Shown: positions 24,576 to 32,977 of the stretch, one piece after another
Position numbering within the stretch: the first letter of the stretch is position 1
Layout of the letters: each line of letters opens with the position of its first letter
IMG/VR virus record: IMGVR_UViG_2713896908_000011
Coordinates: 1 to 32,977 of that record
Source of the DNA: a virus
Taxonomy: Duplodnaviria; Heunggongvirae; Uroviricota; Caudoviricetes
Length of the DNA: 32,977 nt
Reading direction: 5' to 3' (one strand)
Notes under the pieces: generated by a model
What the model was told of the DNA's origin: nothing
Database searches by the model: none
What the model saw: the letters and a program-made list of their open reading frames with translations, nothing else
Program-made: the position numbers and the translations under genes

Positions 24576-24938
24576 ATGGCTAGCGAACGCAGTACTGATG
24601 TGCAGGCATTTATCGGGGAGCTGGACGGCGGCGTATTTGAAACCAAAATCGGCGCAGTTCTCAGTGAAGTCGCTTCCGGTGTGATGAACACGAAAACCAA
24701 AGGTAAGGTCTCGCTCAACCTGGAAATCGAACCGTTTGATGAGAACCGTGTGAAAATCAAACACAAACTCTCATATGTTCGCCCGACTAACCGCGGGAAA
24801 ATTTCCGAAGAAGACACCACCGAAACGCCGATGTATGTCAATCGCGGTGGTCGCCTGACTATTCTGCAGGAAGACCAGGGACAATTACTGACTCTTGCCG
24901 GTGAACCTGACGGAAAACTCCGCGCAGCAGGTCATTAA
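24576..24938 (+). CDS. YfdP-like hypothetical protein
   Basis: ATG with GAGGAG Shine-Dalgarno 7 nt upstream; 120 aa (MASERSTDVQAFIGELDGG...). Precedes a YfdQ-like gene as in the CPS-53 prophage gene order I recall. The track ORF start at 24390 is rejected. Confidence 0.55.
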   Translation: MASERSTDVQAFIGELDGGVFETKIGAVLSEVASGVMNTKTKGKVSLNLEIEPFDENRVKIKHKLSYVRPTNRGKISEEDTTETPMYVNRGGRLTILQEDQGQLLTLAGEPDGKLRAAGH

Positions 24939-25003
24939 TATCATTCTTAATTAACTGATTATTTATCTCATCACTGAATATCTTTATATAGTGAGGACTT
25001 ATT

Positions 25004-25828
25004 ATGTCTCAGAACTTAGACGCAACCGCAATTAATCAAATCCATGCCCTTATTTCTGCTCAGGGTGTTAATGAAATTATCAGTAAGATTGGTGCCGATG
25101 CTGTGGCATTGCCTGAGAATTTCCGCATTCATGATCTGGAAAAATTTAATTTAAATCGCTTCCGTTTCCGTGGTGCGCTTTCCACTGCCAGCATCGATGA
25201 CTTTACCCGTTATTCTAAAGATCTTGCAGATGAAGGCACCCGCTGCTTTATCGATGCTGATAATATGCGTGCCGTCAGTGTACTTAACCTGGGTACTATT
25301 GATGAACCAGGTCACGCAGATAACACCGCCACTCTCAAACTGAAAAAGACAGCACCGTTCTCTGCCCTGTTGTCTGTTAACGGCGAGCGTAACTCCCAGA
25401 AATCACTGGCAGAATGGATTGAAGACTGGGCCGACTACCTTGTGGGCTTTGATGCTAATGGTGACACCATTCAGGCAACAAAAGCGGCTGCGGCGGTCCG
25501 TAAAATCACGATTGAATCAAACCAGACCGCTGATTTTGAAGATAATGACTTCAGCGGCAAACGCTCCCTGATGGAGTCTGTCGAAGCGAAGACTAAAGAC
25601 ATTATGCCAGTGGCATTTGAATTTAAATGCGTTCCGTTTGAAGGCCTTAAAGAACGTCCGTTTAAATTACGCCTCAGCATTATCACTGGCGATCGTCCTG
25701 TACTGGTTCTGCGCATTATTCAGCTGGAAGCGGTGCAGGAAGAAATGGCTAACGAATTTCGTGATCTGCTTGTTGAGAAATTTAAAGACAGCAAAGTAGA
25801 AACCTTTATTGGTACTTTCACCGCCTGA
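25004..25828 (+). CDS. DUF2303-family protein (YfdQ-like)
   Basis: 274 aa with GAGGA Shine-Dalgarno; size and position match YfdQ of CPS-53 (recalled); no catalytic motif recognised. Confidence 0.6.
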   Translation: MSQNLDATAINQIHALISAQGVNEIISKIGADAVALPENFRIHDLEKFNLNRFRFRGALSTASIDDFTRYSKDLADEGTRCFIDADNMRAVSVLNLGTIDEPGHADNTATLKLKKTAPFSALLSVNGERNSQKSLAEWIEDWADYLVGFDANGDTIQATKAAAAVRKITIESNQTADFEDNDFSGKRSLMESVEAKTKDIMPVAFEFKCVPFEGLKERPFKLRLSIITGDRPVLVLRIIQLEAVQEEMANEFRDLLVEKFKDSKVETFIGTFTA

Positions 25829-25954
25829 TTTCATTACTGCAAATGCCCCTGCGGGGCATTTATGGAAACATAATTTACTCAATAATCGCCGGATGGTGAT
25901 GGCTTCCTTTTACCAGAATTCAGCGCGGTGCAGCGCATATACGTGGAGAACAAA

Positions 25955-26491
25955 ATGTCATTTATTAAAACTTTTTCCGGGAAGCATTTTTATTATGACA
26001 GGATAAATAAAGACGACATCGTTATTAACGATATCGCGGTTTCCCTTTCAAATATCTGCCGCTTTGCCGGTCATCTTTCTCACTTCTACAGCGTAGCCCA
26101 ACATGCGGTGCTTTGCAGCCAGCTGGTGCCGCAGGAATTTGCTTTTGAAGCGTTAATGCATGATGCAACAGAAGCGTATTGCCAGGACATCCCCGCACCA
26201 CTGAAACGCCTTCTTCCTGACTATAAACGGATGGAAGAAAAAATAGACGCCGTAATCCGTGAGAAATACGGGTTACCTCCTGTTATGAGCACGCCAGTGA
26301 AATATGCCGATCTCATTATGCTGGCAACCGAACGCCGCGATCTCGGGCTTGATGATGGCTCTTTCTGGCCTGTACTGGAAGGCATCCCGGCAACAGAGAT
26401 GTTCAAAGTTATTCCACTGTCGCCAGGCCATGCCTATGGGATGTTTATGGAACGTTTTAACGAGTTATCGGAGTTACGCAAATGCGCATGA
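25955..26491 (+). CDS. HD-domain phosphohydrolase (YfdR-like 5'-deoxynucleotidase)
   Basis: Start at internal ATG with GGAGAA Shine-Dalgarno (MSFIKTF...), giving 178 aa. HD motif elements ...VAQHAV... and ...LMHDATEAY...; follows the YfdQ-like gene. Confidence 0.7.
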   Translation: MSFIKTFSGKHFYYDRINKDDIVINDIAVSLSNICRFAGHLSHFYSVAQHAVLCSQLVPQEFAFEALMHDATEAYCQDIPAPLKRLLPDYKRMEEKIDAVIREKYGLPPVMSTPVKYADLIMLATERRDLGLDDGSFWPVLEGIPATEMFKVIPLSPGHAYGMFMERFNELSELRKCA

Positions 26492-26901
26492 ATGTTTTCG
26501 AAATGGAAGGGTTTCTTCGCGGGAGATGTGTACCGCGAGATCTGAAAGTGAACGAAACAAACGCTGAGTACCTGGTGCGTAAATTTGCTGAAGCTGAGGC
26601 CAAGTGCGCGGCGCTGGCGGCTGAAAATGCGGGGCTGAAGGAGGTGATAAATGAAGTTCGTAGCATTATTGCCAATTCGCATGGTGTTTCAGGCTGGCAT
26701 CAGAACGGCGATATAGCCGAATGGGATGAGGTCTTGCCAGAAATTGATTCTGTTGAAACCCCAGCCACCGACGCTTTCCTGGCTGAAGTCCGGGCGCAGG
26801 GGGTTGAGATGATGCGCGAACACCCATCAATCAAACTTTGCTCTTTGACGCACATATGTGACGAGTTAGCCGCTCAGCTTCGCAAAGGAGGCAACCAGTG
26901 A
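26482..26901 (+). CDS. hypothetical protein
   Basis: 139-aa ORF overlapping the upstream stop and the downstream start, in the early-left operon; no motif recognised. Confidence 0.5.
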   Translation: MRMNVFEMEGFLRGRCVPRDLKVNETNAEYLVRKFAEAEAKCAALAAENAGLKEVINEVRSIIANSHGVSGWHQNGDIAEWDEVLPEIDSVETPATDAFLAEVRAQGVEMMREHPSIKLCSLTHICDELAAQLRKGGNQ

Positions 26902-27455
26902 ACAAGATTGACTATCAGGCACTGCGTAACAAGGCAGAGAAAGCAACGTGGGGGGATTGGGACTCATATAAACCACACCGTGGCGTACGTGGTTATGAGG
27001 TCCGACTAAGTAGTCAGGCCATTGCACAACACGTTCTGAAAAACAACGCTGAATTTATTGCTGCCTTTAATCCAAAGGTTGCTTTGGCACTGCTGGATGA
27101 ACGGGAAAGAAATCAGCAATACATCAAATCACGCGACCAGGAGAACGAGGATATTGCGCTAACGGTAGGGAAGCTGCGTGTTGAGCTTGAGGAGACAAAA
27201 TCAAAACTCAACAAGCAGCGTGAATATTACGAAGGTGTTATCTCGGATGGAAGTAAGCACATAGCAGAGTTAGAAAGTGGTTCTCAGGTACAAAAGTTAG
27301 TTGAAGCAATCATTGTTGCGATAGAAAACGAACAGGAACGTCTTTTTGATGAAGATTACCTAATGGATTCGAAAGAATGCATTGACGTAATTCGTGAAGA
27401 AGTAAAGCGATGGAATGATTCCAGCGCCGCTGGCATTCGCATTAAAGGAGAGTGA
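26898..27455 (+). CDS. Ead/Ea22-like family protein
   Basis: GTG start with AGGAGG upstream. N-terminal MNKIDYQALRNKAEKATWGDWD... matches the conserved Ead/Ea22 N-terminal pattern (DYQALR..AEKAT.G.W), followed by a coiled-coil region. Confidence 0.7.
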   Translation: MNKIDYQALRNKAEKATWGDWDSYKPHRGVRGYEVRLSSQAIAQHVLKNNAEFIAAFNPKVALALLDERERNQQYIKSRDQENEDIALTVGKLRVELEETKSKLNKQREYYEGVISDGSKHIAELESGSQVQKLVEAIIVAIENEQERLFDEDYLMDSKECIDVIREEVKRWNDSSAAGIRIKGE

Positions 27456-27460
27456 GTGAT

Positions 27461-27658
27461 ATGGATAAAAATCCCCCTGCTTACTGGAGTCTGTCACTTG
27501 ATACCGAATGTCCAAAATGTGGTCACAATTTCGATCTGCTTTGTGATCCAGATTTCTGGGAGTTTTCTGGAGCTAAACAGGCATGTGAAGAAATAAAAGG
27601 TTACGAAACATGCTGTCCAGAATGTAACCATGAATTTAAAACAGATTTCGTGTATTGA
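27461..27658 (+). CDS. small zinc-ribbon protein
   Basis: MDKNPPAYWSLSLDTECPKCGH...CCPECNH...; two CxxC pairs. ATG at 27461 preferred over the GTG at 27452 because of AAGGAGAG spacing. Confidence 0.5.
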   Translation: MDKNPPAYWSLSLDTECPKCGHNFDLLCDPDFWEFSGAKQACEEIKGYETCCPECNHEFKTDFVY

Positions 27659-27668
27659 GGCATAACAA

Positions 27669-27983
27669 ATGACCACTATTACCAGAGAACAAGCTCTGAA
27701 AATTATTGAGGCAGCCGATGAGGTTATTAGTGCGCTTGCCGGAACTATTTTCAAAAGGAGACTATGCGTGAGCGGAATAAATATGCCGTTACAGGTTGAA
27801 GTCGAGGGGCGTACATGGAAATTATTTTCTGTCGACTTTACGGCGGATGAACGGAAGTACTCATTTTATATCTATGCGATTAACCGTGAACATGCATCGT
27901 ACATAGTGGACGATATTAAACGTACAGCAGAACTCTCACCCGGCAATATTGTGGGAATTGTGAGCTCGCAGGATAAGAAATAA
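27669..27983 (+). CDS. hypothetical protein
   Basis: 104 aa with GAGG Shine-Dalgarno in the early-left operon; no motif recognised. Confidence 0.5.
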   Translation: MTTITREQALKIIEAADEVISALAGTIFKRRLCVSGINMPLQVEVEGRTWKLFSVDFTADERKYSFYIYAINREHASYIVDDIKRTAELSPGNIVGIVSSQDKK

Positions 27984-27986
27984 CAC

Positions 27987-28604
27987 ATGAACGCTATTAC
28001 TAAAGAACGTATTGAATTATTCATTAAAAATCCGTTTGAAAACGGACTTACCCATGGCGAACAAATGGAACTGGCACGGATTGCGCTGGCATCGTTGGAA
28101 GCAGAACCGGTGGCATGGCTGCATTCAGACAATGGATTAGGTATTCCAGCAATAACCAGGAGTAAAAACATTGCTGACAGTTGGTTATCAAAGGGCTGGT
28201 ATGTTCAGCCGCTATATATAGCCAAGCCAGTGCCGGTGGTGCCAGATGCTCTTCCGTCTTTAAATAATGGCATAGTCGGCTTTGATGAAGGCTGGAACGC
28301 CTGCCGCGCCGCCATGCTTCGTGGTGCCAAACCTGTAAGCCAGACTTACAAGTTGAACGAGCTGTCGGGCAACTCTCCGGTAACTCCGGATGGTTGGATA
28401 AGCTGTAGTGAGCGAATGCCGAACGATAAACAGTATGTTTGGTGTTGGGGGAAGTCTTACGGCTGGACTGAGTGCGATACCTTCGAAGGGTATTACGATT
28501 GGTCGAGAAACAAATGGTGGGCAGTTACTGACAATGGGGAAGAACCGGCATCGAAAGTAACCCACTGGATGCCGCTACCGGAACCGCCGCAGGAGGTGAA
28601 GTAA
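27987..28604 (+). CDS. DUF551-domain protein
   Basis: C-terminal ...VTHWMPLPEPPQEVK is the characteristic DUF551 ending, with Trp-rich CxW repeats upstream. Confidence 0.7.
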   Translation: MNAITKERIELFIKNPFENGLTHGEQMELARIALASLEAEPVAWLHSDNGLGIPAITRSKNIADSWLSKGWYVQPLYIAKPVPVVPDALPSLNNGIVGFDEGWNACRAAMLRGAKPVSQTYKLNELSGNSPVTPDGWISCSERMPNDKQYVWCWGKSYGWTECDTFEGYYDWSRNKWWAVTDNGEEPASKVTHWMPLPEPPQEVK

Positions 28605-28798
28605 TGAACAACTTAATGACAACTAAACAAGTCGCCGACTTCTGTGGCGTTTCAGTATCGACCGTTCTTCGCTGGAACAGCGTAAACAGGAGAACTGGCC
28701 AGAAATACAGGCCTGAGTTTCCAGATCCGGATATTAAATCCTGCCCAAATAAATGGGCATCACACAAGATATACAGATTTGCTGGAATTATTGAGTAG
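28604..28798 (+). CDS. xis: AlpA-family HTH protein, putative excisionase
   Basis: 64 aa with GGAGGTG Shine-Dalgarno and a 1-nt overlap with the upstream stop. MTTKQVADFCGVSVSTVLRW...FPDP...W fits the AlpA/Xis-type HTH pattern; last gene of the early-left operon, nearest the integrase. Confidence 0.6.
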   Translation: MNNLMTTKQVADFCGVSVSTVLRWNSVNRRTGQKYRPEFPDPDIKSCPNKWASHKIYRFAGIIE

Positions 28799-29353
28799 TA
28801 GCTATTAGTTGACATCACTATATGGATAAATGGTTATTTAATATTTTCCTGAAAGATACAAGAGAAAATGTCCCGAGCCCCAAAAGGGTAAAGTCATCGG
28901 CTGATACCAAGAAATACAATATGTTAATGGTAAGCGAAGTGTAGGCCTGAAAGCAGGAGTGTAAAGTAGCGACATATGGAAATATTAAGGTTCTCAAGGA
29001 AGAAAAGTAGAATGTGTCAAGTAATGATCGTGCCCCAAGTCAGCAACCCAAGAATCGTGACTGGGCTGATGCTCCTGCCACCACACAAGGTCAGGAGCAG
29101 TGGTATAAATAGGGCAGAATAAGCTAAATTGCTGTGTTCTCATTCGGTAATAATACTATCTGCATTAATGATTTAATATATTCATGAGCATTATTAAGTT
29201 GTGTTTTGTGTTAATTGAAACTCAAAATTAATGAATTTTCTTGGGTTATGTTTTTTTTCAATAACAAACCTCTTATTAATTAATTTGAGTTTTTATTTCA
29301 ATACTGATTTAAGACTCGTTAAAGCTTTAGTATTTTTATCAACAACAAAACCA

Positions 29354-29390
29354 AGCCGTTCTTGAGCATGGCTAAGAACGGTATTTTTAT
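29354..29390 (+). terminator. candidate rho-independent terminator at the end of the early-left operon
   Basis: Hairpin CCGTTCTT-(10-nt loop)-AAGAACGG (29356..29381) followed by TATTTTTAT; the reverse orientation is also followed by a T-rich tract, so it may be bidirectional. Confidence 0.5.
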
Positions 29391-29487
29391 ACTCAAGAAA
29401 TCGTATCCACATGATTTAACTAAGTTTTTCAACCTCACCCACCAACAAAATTTTTGTGCTGGACGACGTGTAGTCTGTATACCAATC

Positions 29488-29517
29488 TTGGTTTAATTGT
29501 ACTATCATTCGTAGAAT
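29488..29517 (+). promoter_or_regulatory. candidate sigma70 promoter for the three-gene cassette
   Basis: TTGGTT (29488..29493) - 18 nt - TAGAAT (29512..29517), about 30 nt upstream of the AGGAG Shine-Dalgarno and ATG at 29547. Confidence 0.35.
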
Positions 29518-29546
29518 GAAAAGAACAGCATATTGATAGGAGACAC

Positions 29547-30656
29547 ATGGAAAACAAGACCAATAAGGAAAAAAGTGTAAGAATTAGGCTGGCTTTTAAA
29601 AGATGGCAGCGAAGTGTTTCCCGTCAAGGGAAAGAGTATTCGCAGTTTCGTCAACAAAAAAAATCTCAAAAGAAAAAAGATAATACCTTTATTCGGTTTC
29701 CATCTGAGTTTTCAATATATTCACCAGATAAGCCTAATTTTTTTGCGCACTCTCTACACTCGATAAATCACGTCAGGAATAAAAAATACAATCCTGATGA
29801 GAGATTATATTTAGATTTTACAAATACAAAAACAATAAAAATGGCAGCATTAGTAATACTTTATGCCAGTGTTGAAACTTCAATTCGTAAAGGTTTATCG
29901 TACAGATTATTATTTTCAACAGATTTTAAAGTCAATCAGCTTTTAAGAGACTCGGGTCTTGTCGCCTTATGTCGGGGCGAAAAATTAAAACCTGTCTTCG
30001 AAAACGTTGAAAACTTGCCCATTATTAGCGGGGTAGGAGGAGAATATAGAGATGAGATTATAGATTTCATCCAGAAAGAAATTTATAAAAACAAGATGAA
30101 ACCTGAAACAGAACATACATATGCAGATGCTGTTCAGGAAGCAATAAATAATGTTGGTTTACACGCCTATCCGCATAAAAATAATGATGAGAAACGATGG
30201 TGGCTTGCATGTCACGTAATTCATGACCAGCTGTATCTTGCTATATATGATGAAGGTGTTGGTATACCTGAAACTGTAATGCAAAAGACATGGTTTATGA
30301 GTACGCTCAAATCAAAATATCCAGATCTAAAGGTTGCGGTTAACGAAGAACTTGAGAGAATAGGTTTAGGTTATAAAGAGCGCTCTAAAGTAAAAGTTGG
30401 TATTGTTTCTGATGCAGTAAAAATAGCAATTTCTATGATTGGAGACGTAACCGGTACAGCCAATGATAAACATGGTCAAGGAAGTAAGAGTATTAAAGCT
30501 CTAGTACTAAATAATGAACATGGAAACCTTTGGATTTACAGTAATTTAGGTATGTTCAAGCTTTCTAATAAGAAAGGTGATAAAATTAATGAGTTAACTC
30601 ATAAAGTACCAGGTACTTTAATTCAGTGGAACATCAAGGTCAGCTATGAAGACTAA
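29547..30656 (+). CDS. GHKL-superfamily ATPase/kinase, RsbW/SpoIIAB-like (anti-sigma-factor-type HATPase_c) with novel N-terminal domain
   Basis: 369 aa with AGGAG Shine-Dalgarno. Bergerat-fold motifs in the C-terminal half: N-box AVQEAINNVGLHAY (compare EA.TNA..HAY of RsbW/SpoIIAB), G1-box IYDEGVGIP, G2-like ERIGLGYKE. The N-terminal ~190 aa are Lys/Arg-rich and not recognised. AT-rich codon usage. Confidence 0.7.
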   Translation: MENKTNKEKSVRIRLAFKRWQRSVSRQGKEYSQFRQQKKSQKKKDNTFIRFPSEFSIYSPDKPNFFAHSLHSINHVRNKKYNPDERLYLDFTNTKTIKMAALVILYASVETSIRKGLSYRLLFSTDFKVNQLLRDSGLVALCRGEKLKPVFENVENLPIISGVGGEYRDEIIDFIQKEIYKNKMKPETEHTYADAVQEAINNVGLHAYPHKNNDEKRWWLACHVIHDQLYLAIYDEGVGIPETVMQKTWFMSTLKSKYPDLKVAVNEELERIGLGYKERSKVKVGIVSDAVKIAISMIGDVTGTANDKHGQGSKSIKALVLNNEHGNLWIYSNLGMFKLSNKKGDKINELTHKVPGTLIQWNIKVSYED

Positions 30657-30978
30657 AAACATCAATGTTATCAAAGACTTCAACAGTAAGCCTTACGGGC
30701 GCTATCCAGACGATGGGGCAGGCTGTGGGGAAAACTTTCGCAAATATCTGGCAGGCTTTCTCAAAGAGTATGATTTAGTTCATGTTGAGTTGACTGGATA
30801 TAACCGTTATGGGCGTTCATTTATTGATGAAGCGTTTGGTGGCTTGATCCGAGTAGAAGGCTACACATTAAGCGAACTTAAGAAAAAACTAACTTATACT
30901 CATAAAGATATTAAGAGTATTGAGACCTTGATTGATGAACGATTGAATAAGGCAGAGAGTGATGCAGGAAGAGGTTAA
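30646..30978 (+). CDS. DUF4325/STAS-like small protein (putative anti-anti-sigma-type partner of the GHKL protein)
   Basis: 110 aa, ATG overlapping the upstream gene by 11 nt. Core VHVELTGYNRYGRSFIDEAFGGLIR matches the DUF4325 STAS-like pattern (LDF.GV...S.SF.DE.FG.L) as I recall it. Confidence 0.6.
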   Translation: MKTKNINVIKDFNSKPYGRYPDDGAGCGENFRKYLAGFLKEYDLVHVELTGYNRYGRSFIDEAFGGLIRVEGYTLSELKKKLTYTHKDIKSIETLIDERLNKAESDAGRG

Positions 30979-31456
30979 TTATACAAGTATTGTGATTGCT
31001 ATAATTGGTTGGCTTGTTGCGTCTTATTTCAACAATAGAGCATTCAAGCGAAATGATATTTCAAGGCAAAAGGATAAAATCTGTCAGCAAATAGAATCTC
31101 TTTTTGATAATGTTTTAGATAAGCTCTCTTCTAGAGATACTAAAGAATTAGAGCTGGATAATTTTTTAGCCTCCAGTGTCTCATTAATTGAAATGCAGCT
31201 GTCTCATTTATCACAAAGGATTGGTAAGAAATTATTATGTGATGAACAGTTGTCATCTATCAGATCAACACCTTTAGACTTGTTAAGCAAAAAGTGTGAT
31301 TATAAAAATGAACTTCATGAGATGAAGTATTCAATATTAGAGGAAATTGAAGGTAATTATACAAAATGGTTTTTTGATAGTTACTCAAAAAGATTCAAAT
31401 CCATCTTTGCATCAAAAAGAAGCACACCTAATACTGATCTGAATAGACTATCTTGA
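30962..31456 (+). CDS. single-pass membrane protein (candidate effector of the cassette)
   Basis: Overlaps the upstream stop by ~17 nt. N-terminal TM helix (SIVIAIIGWLVASYF) followed by a ~140-aa helical soluble domain with no recognisable motif. ATG at 30962 preferred over the GTG at 30959. Confidence 0.6.
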   Translation: MQEEVNYTSIVIAIIGWLVASYFNNRAFKRNDISRQKDKICQQIESLFDNVLDKLSSRDTKELELDNFLASSVSLIEMQLSHLSQRIGKKLLCDEQLSSIRSTPLDLLSKKCDYKNELHEMKYSILEEIEGNYTKWFFDSYSKRFKSIFASKRSTPNTDLNRLS

Positions 31457-31462
31457 TAAATA

Positions 31463-31482
31463 GCGCCTTGCATTCAAGGCGC
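31463..31482. terminator. hairpin between the convergent cassette and integrase (possible terminator)
   Basis: Perfect 8-bp stem GCGCCTTG-CATT-CAAGGCGC, 7 nt after the cassette stop. The following tract is A-rich on the plus strand and weakly T-rich on the minus, so direction is ambiguous. Confidence 0.4.
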
Positions 31483-31753
31483 AAACAAAAACAACATTAG
31501 AAATCAACACATTAATAACACACGCATCTCAGTTAACATTTTTAACTATATTTTTACACATATAATCAAGAAAGAATGTTAAATTATAAGAGATAATTTA
31601 GAGAGTGTTTCATAAATTTAAACAAAATAAGTTACTTATTAAGCATATTTTTTTAAAGTGTATTTTACCCCCATTATCCAACAGATATTTTGAGGTCTAG
31701 TTGTCGCTCAAAACGGACAGTCAGATTTTATTTCGTTCTAGCTATGCAAACGG

Positions 31754-32977
31754 TCAGTTGGGGTCTGAGCTAATACAAGCAACTATCAATTCAACCCTCT
31801 CCCACCATACCTGGTAGGCTTTACGCTGTTCTTCTAGATAATCGCTCTTGTCATAAACCTGCCATCCCCCTGGCAACTTATGACCAAGCATAATTTCTGC
31901 AATATGAGGCGCAGTAAGATCAGAAAAGTTTGTTCGTGCTGTTCGCCTCAAATCATGAAGAGACCAATGAGGGAATTGATACCCCAAACGTCGCCATGCG
32001 AACTGCATTAAATTGTAAGGCAGCGACTGCAATGATGTCCGACCAACTGGCTCCCTGCTTCCTTCCTTAGTAAAAAGCATATCGGAACCGTTGTTCATAG
32101 AGATAACGTATTTTATAAGCTCTTCAACCGGCCCAATAATGGGCCGCTTTAGTGGTTCGCCTGTTATCTCCCCTGTCTTATGTCGTTCTGGCGGTACAGT
32201 CCATACCTTATTAATGAAATCAAAATCGTCCACCCTAGCGGTAATTAGCTCTGAACTACGGCAGCCAAAATGCAACAATAGTTTAATGAAGGCCCGGTAT
32301 TTAGGAACCATTCGAGAACCATCGATCGCAGCATAAAGGATTTTAATTTCATCATGTGTCAGAAACCGTTTCTTCTGACCTTTACGGATATCCATATCTT
32401 TACCTGTGATATCCGACAGCGGGCGAGTTTCAATGAGCTTTCTCTTATACGCCCAGACATGGGCCTGCTTTGCGTTAATTAGCAATCGGTCAGCTATTGC
32501 TGGAGTCTTAGTGCTAAGAGGCTCCAAGACCTCTAACCAATCATGCAATGTAGCTGCATCGTGAGGGATACTCCCGATTTTAGAGAACAGGTGCAGTTCA
32601 AATGAGCGGAGTATCTGCTCAGCACCTTTTTTATTTTTTACACAATATGCTTCATACCAAGCACGGATCACAGACTCTACAGTCATGGCTTCAGTAGCTT
32701 TGCGTTTTTCTGCCTGCTTGACCAATCGTGGATTGCGGTTTGACTCGAGTTCACCACGGAGACGGATAACTTCTTCTCTGGCCTCTTTTAATCCAGTTGC
32801 CGGGTAAGTTCCGATATCAAGACGCTCACCTTTCCCTGCCCATTGATAACGATATTGGAACACTACGCGACCTTTCGGTGATACTCTGACAGACAGACCA
32901 TCACGATCGGATTTAACCAAAACCTTATCACGTTCCTTTCCAACAACTGAACGCAACCACGCATCAGACAGCGCCAT
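31754..32977 (-). CDS. int: tyrosine-type site-specific integrase (P4-like, with N-terminal arm-binding DUF4102-like domain)
   Basis: 407 aa. N-terminal MALSDAWLRSVVGKERDKVLVKSDRDGLSVRVSPKGRVVFQYRYQW... is P4-integrase-like. C-terminal catalytic elements HDLRRTART (HxxR) and a Tyr in ...GGWQVYDKSDYLEE. The ATG sits exactly at the window edge, so the true start may lie beyond. Confidence 0.9.
   Translation of the reverse strand: MALSDAWLRSVVGKERDKVLVKSDRDGLSVRVSPKGRVVFQYRYQWAGKGERLDIGTYPATGLKEAREEVIRLRGELESNRNPRLVKQAEKRKATEAMTVESVIRAWYEAYCVKNKKGAEQILRSFELHLFSKIGSIPHDAATLHDWLEVLEPLSTKTPAIADRLLINAKQAHVWAYKRKLIETRPLSDITGKDMDIRKGQKKRFLTHDEIKILYAAIDGSRMVPKYRAFIKLLLHFGCRSSELITARVDDFDFINKVWTVPPERHKTGEITGEPLKRPIIGPVEELIKYVISMNNGSDMLFTKEGSREPVGRTSLQSLPYNLMQFAWRRLGYQFPHWSLHDLRRTARTNFSDLTAPHIAEIMLGHKLPGGWQVYDKSDYLEEQRKAYQVWWERVELIVACISSDPN

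Noticed and set aside
1-32977. CRISPR arrays, tRNA or rRNA genes, insertion sequences
   Set aside because: No regularly spaced direct repeats with unique spacers, no cloverleaf-compatible tRNA-like sequences, and no transposase-like ORFs or terminal inverted repeats were seen; the only tandem repeats are the ori iterons.

Overview
This window is most of a lambdoid prophage of an Enterobacteriaceae (E. coli-like) host, read from the tail genes at the left to the integrase at the right edge. All calls come from reading the six-frame translations and the DNA by eye; no searches or computations were run, and family assignments rest on recalled motifs. Positions 1-12700 (minus strand) hold a late structural module: lambda-like tail genes M, H, T, G, V, U, Z, an FII-like connector, a prohead protease-major capsid fusion, portal, gpW-like protein and Nu1/A-type terminase. 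Positions 13200-15120 hold a Rha-family gene and a phage-21-type lysis cassette (pinholin, SAR endolysin, Rz with embedded Rz1). Positions 15300-21900 hold a cspB-like cold-shock moron, a Q antiterminator with a candidate PR'/tR' module, DUF968, KilA-N, RusA, a Dam-like methyltransferase, a PerC-family regulator and an O-like replication initiator carrying iteron repeats. Positions 21860-23400 are the immunity switch (CII-like, cro-like, divergent cI-like S24 repressor). Positions 24576-28800 (plus strand) are an early-left operon with no recognisable N gene (YfdP/YfdQ/HD-domain YfdR-like, Ea22-like, DUF551, AlpA-like excisionase). The most interesting locus is an AT-rich, tightly coupled three-gene cassette at 29547-31456, between the excisionase and a convergent P4-type integrase: an RsbW/SpoIIAB-like GHKL ATPase, a DUF4325/STAS-like partner and a single-pass membrane protein. 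I propose it as a candidate, apparently unnamed, partner-switching anti-phage or abortive-infection module. No rRNA, tRNA or CRISPR array was seen.
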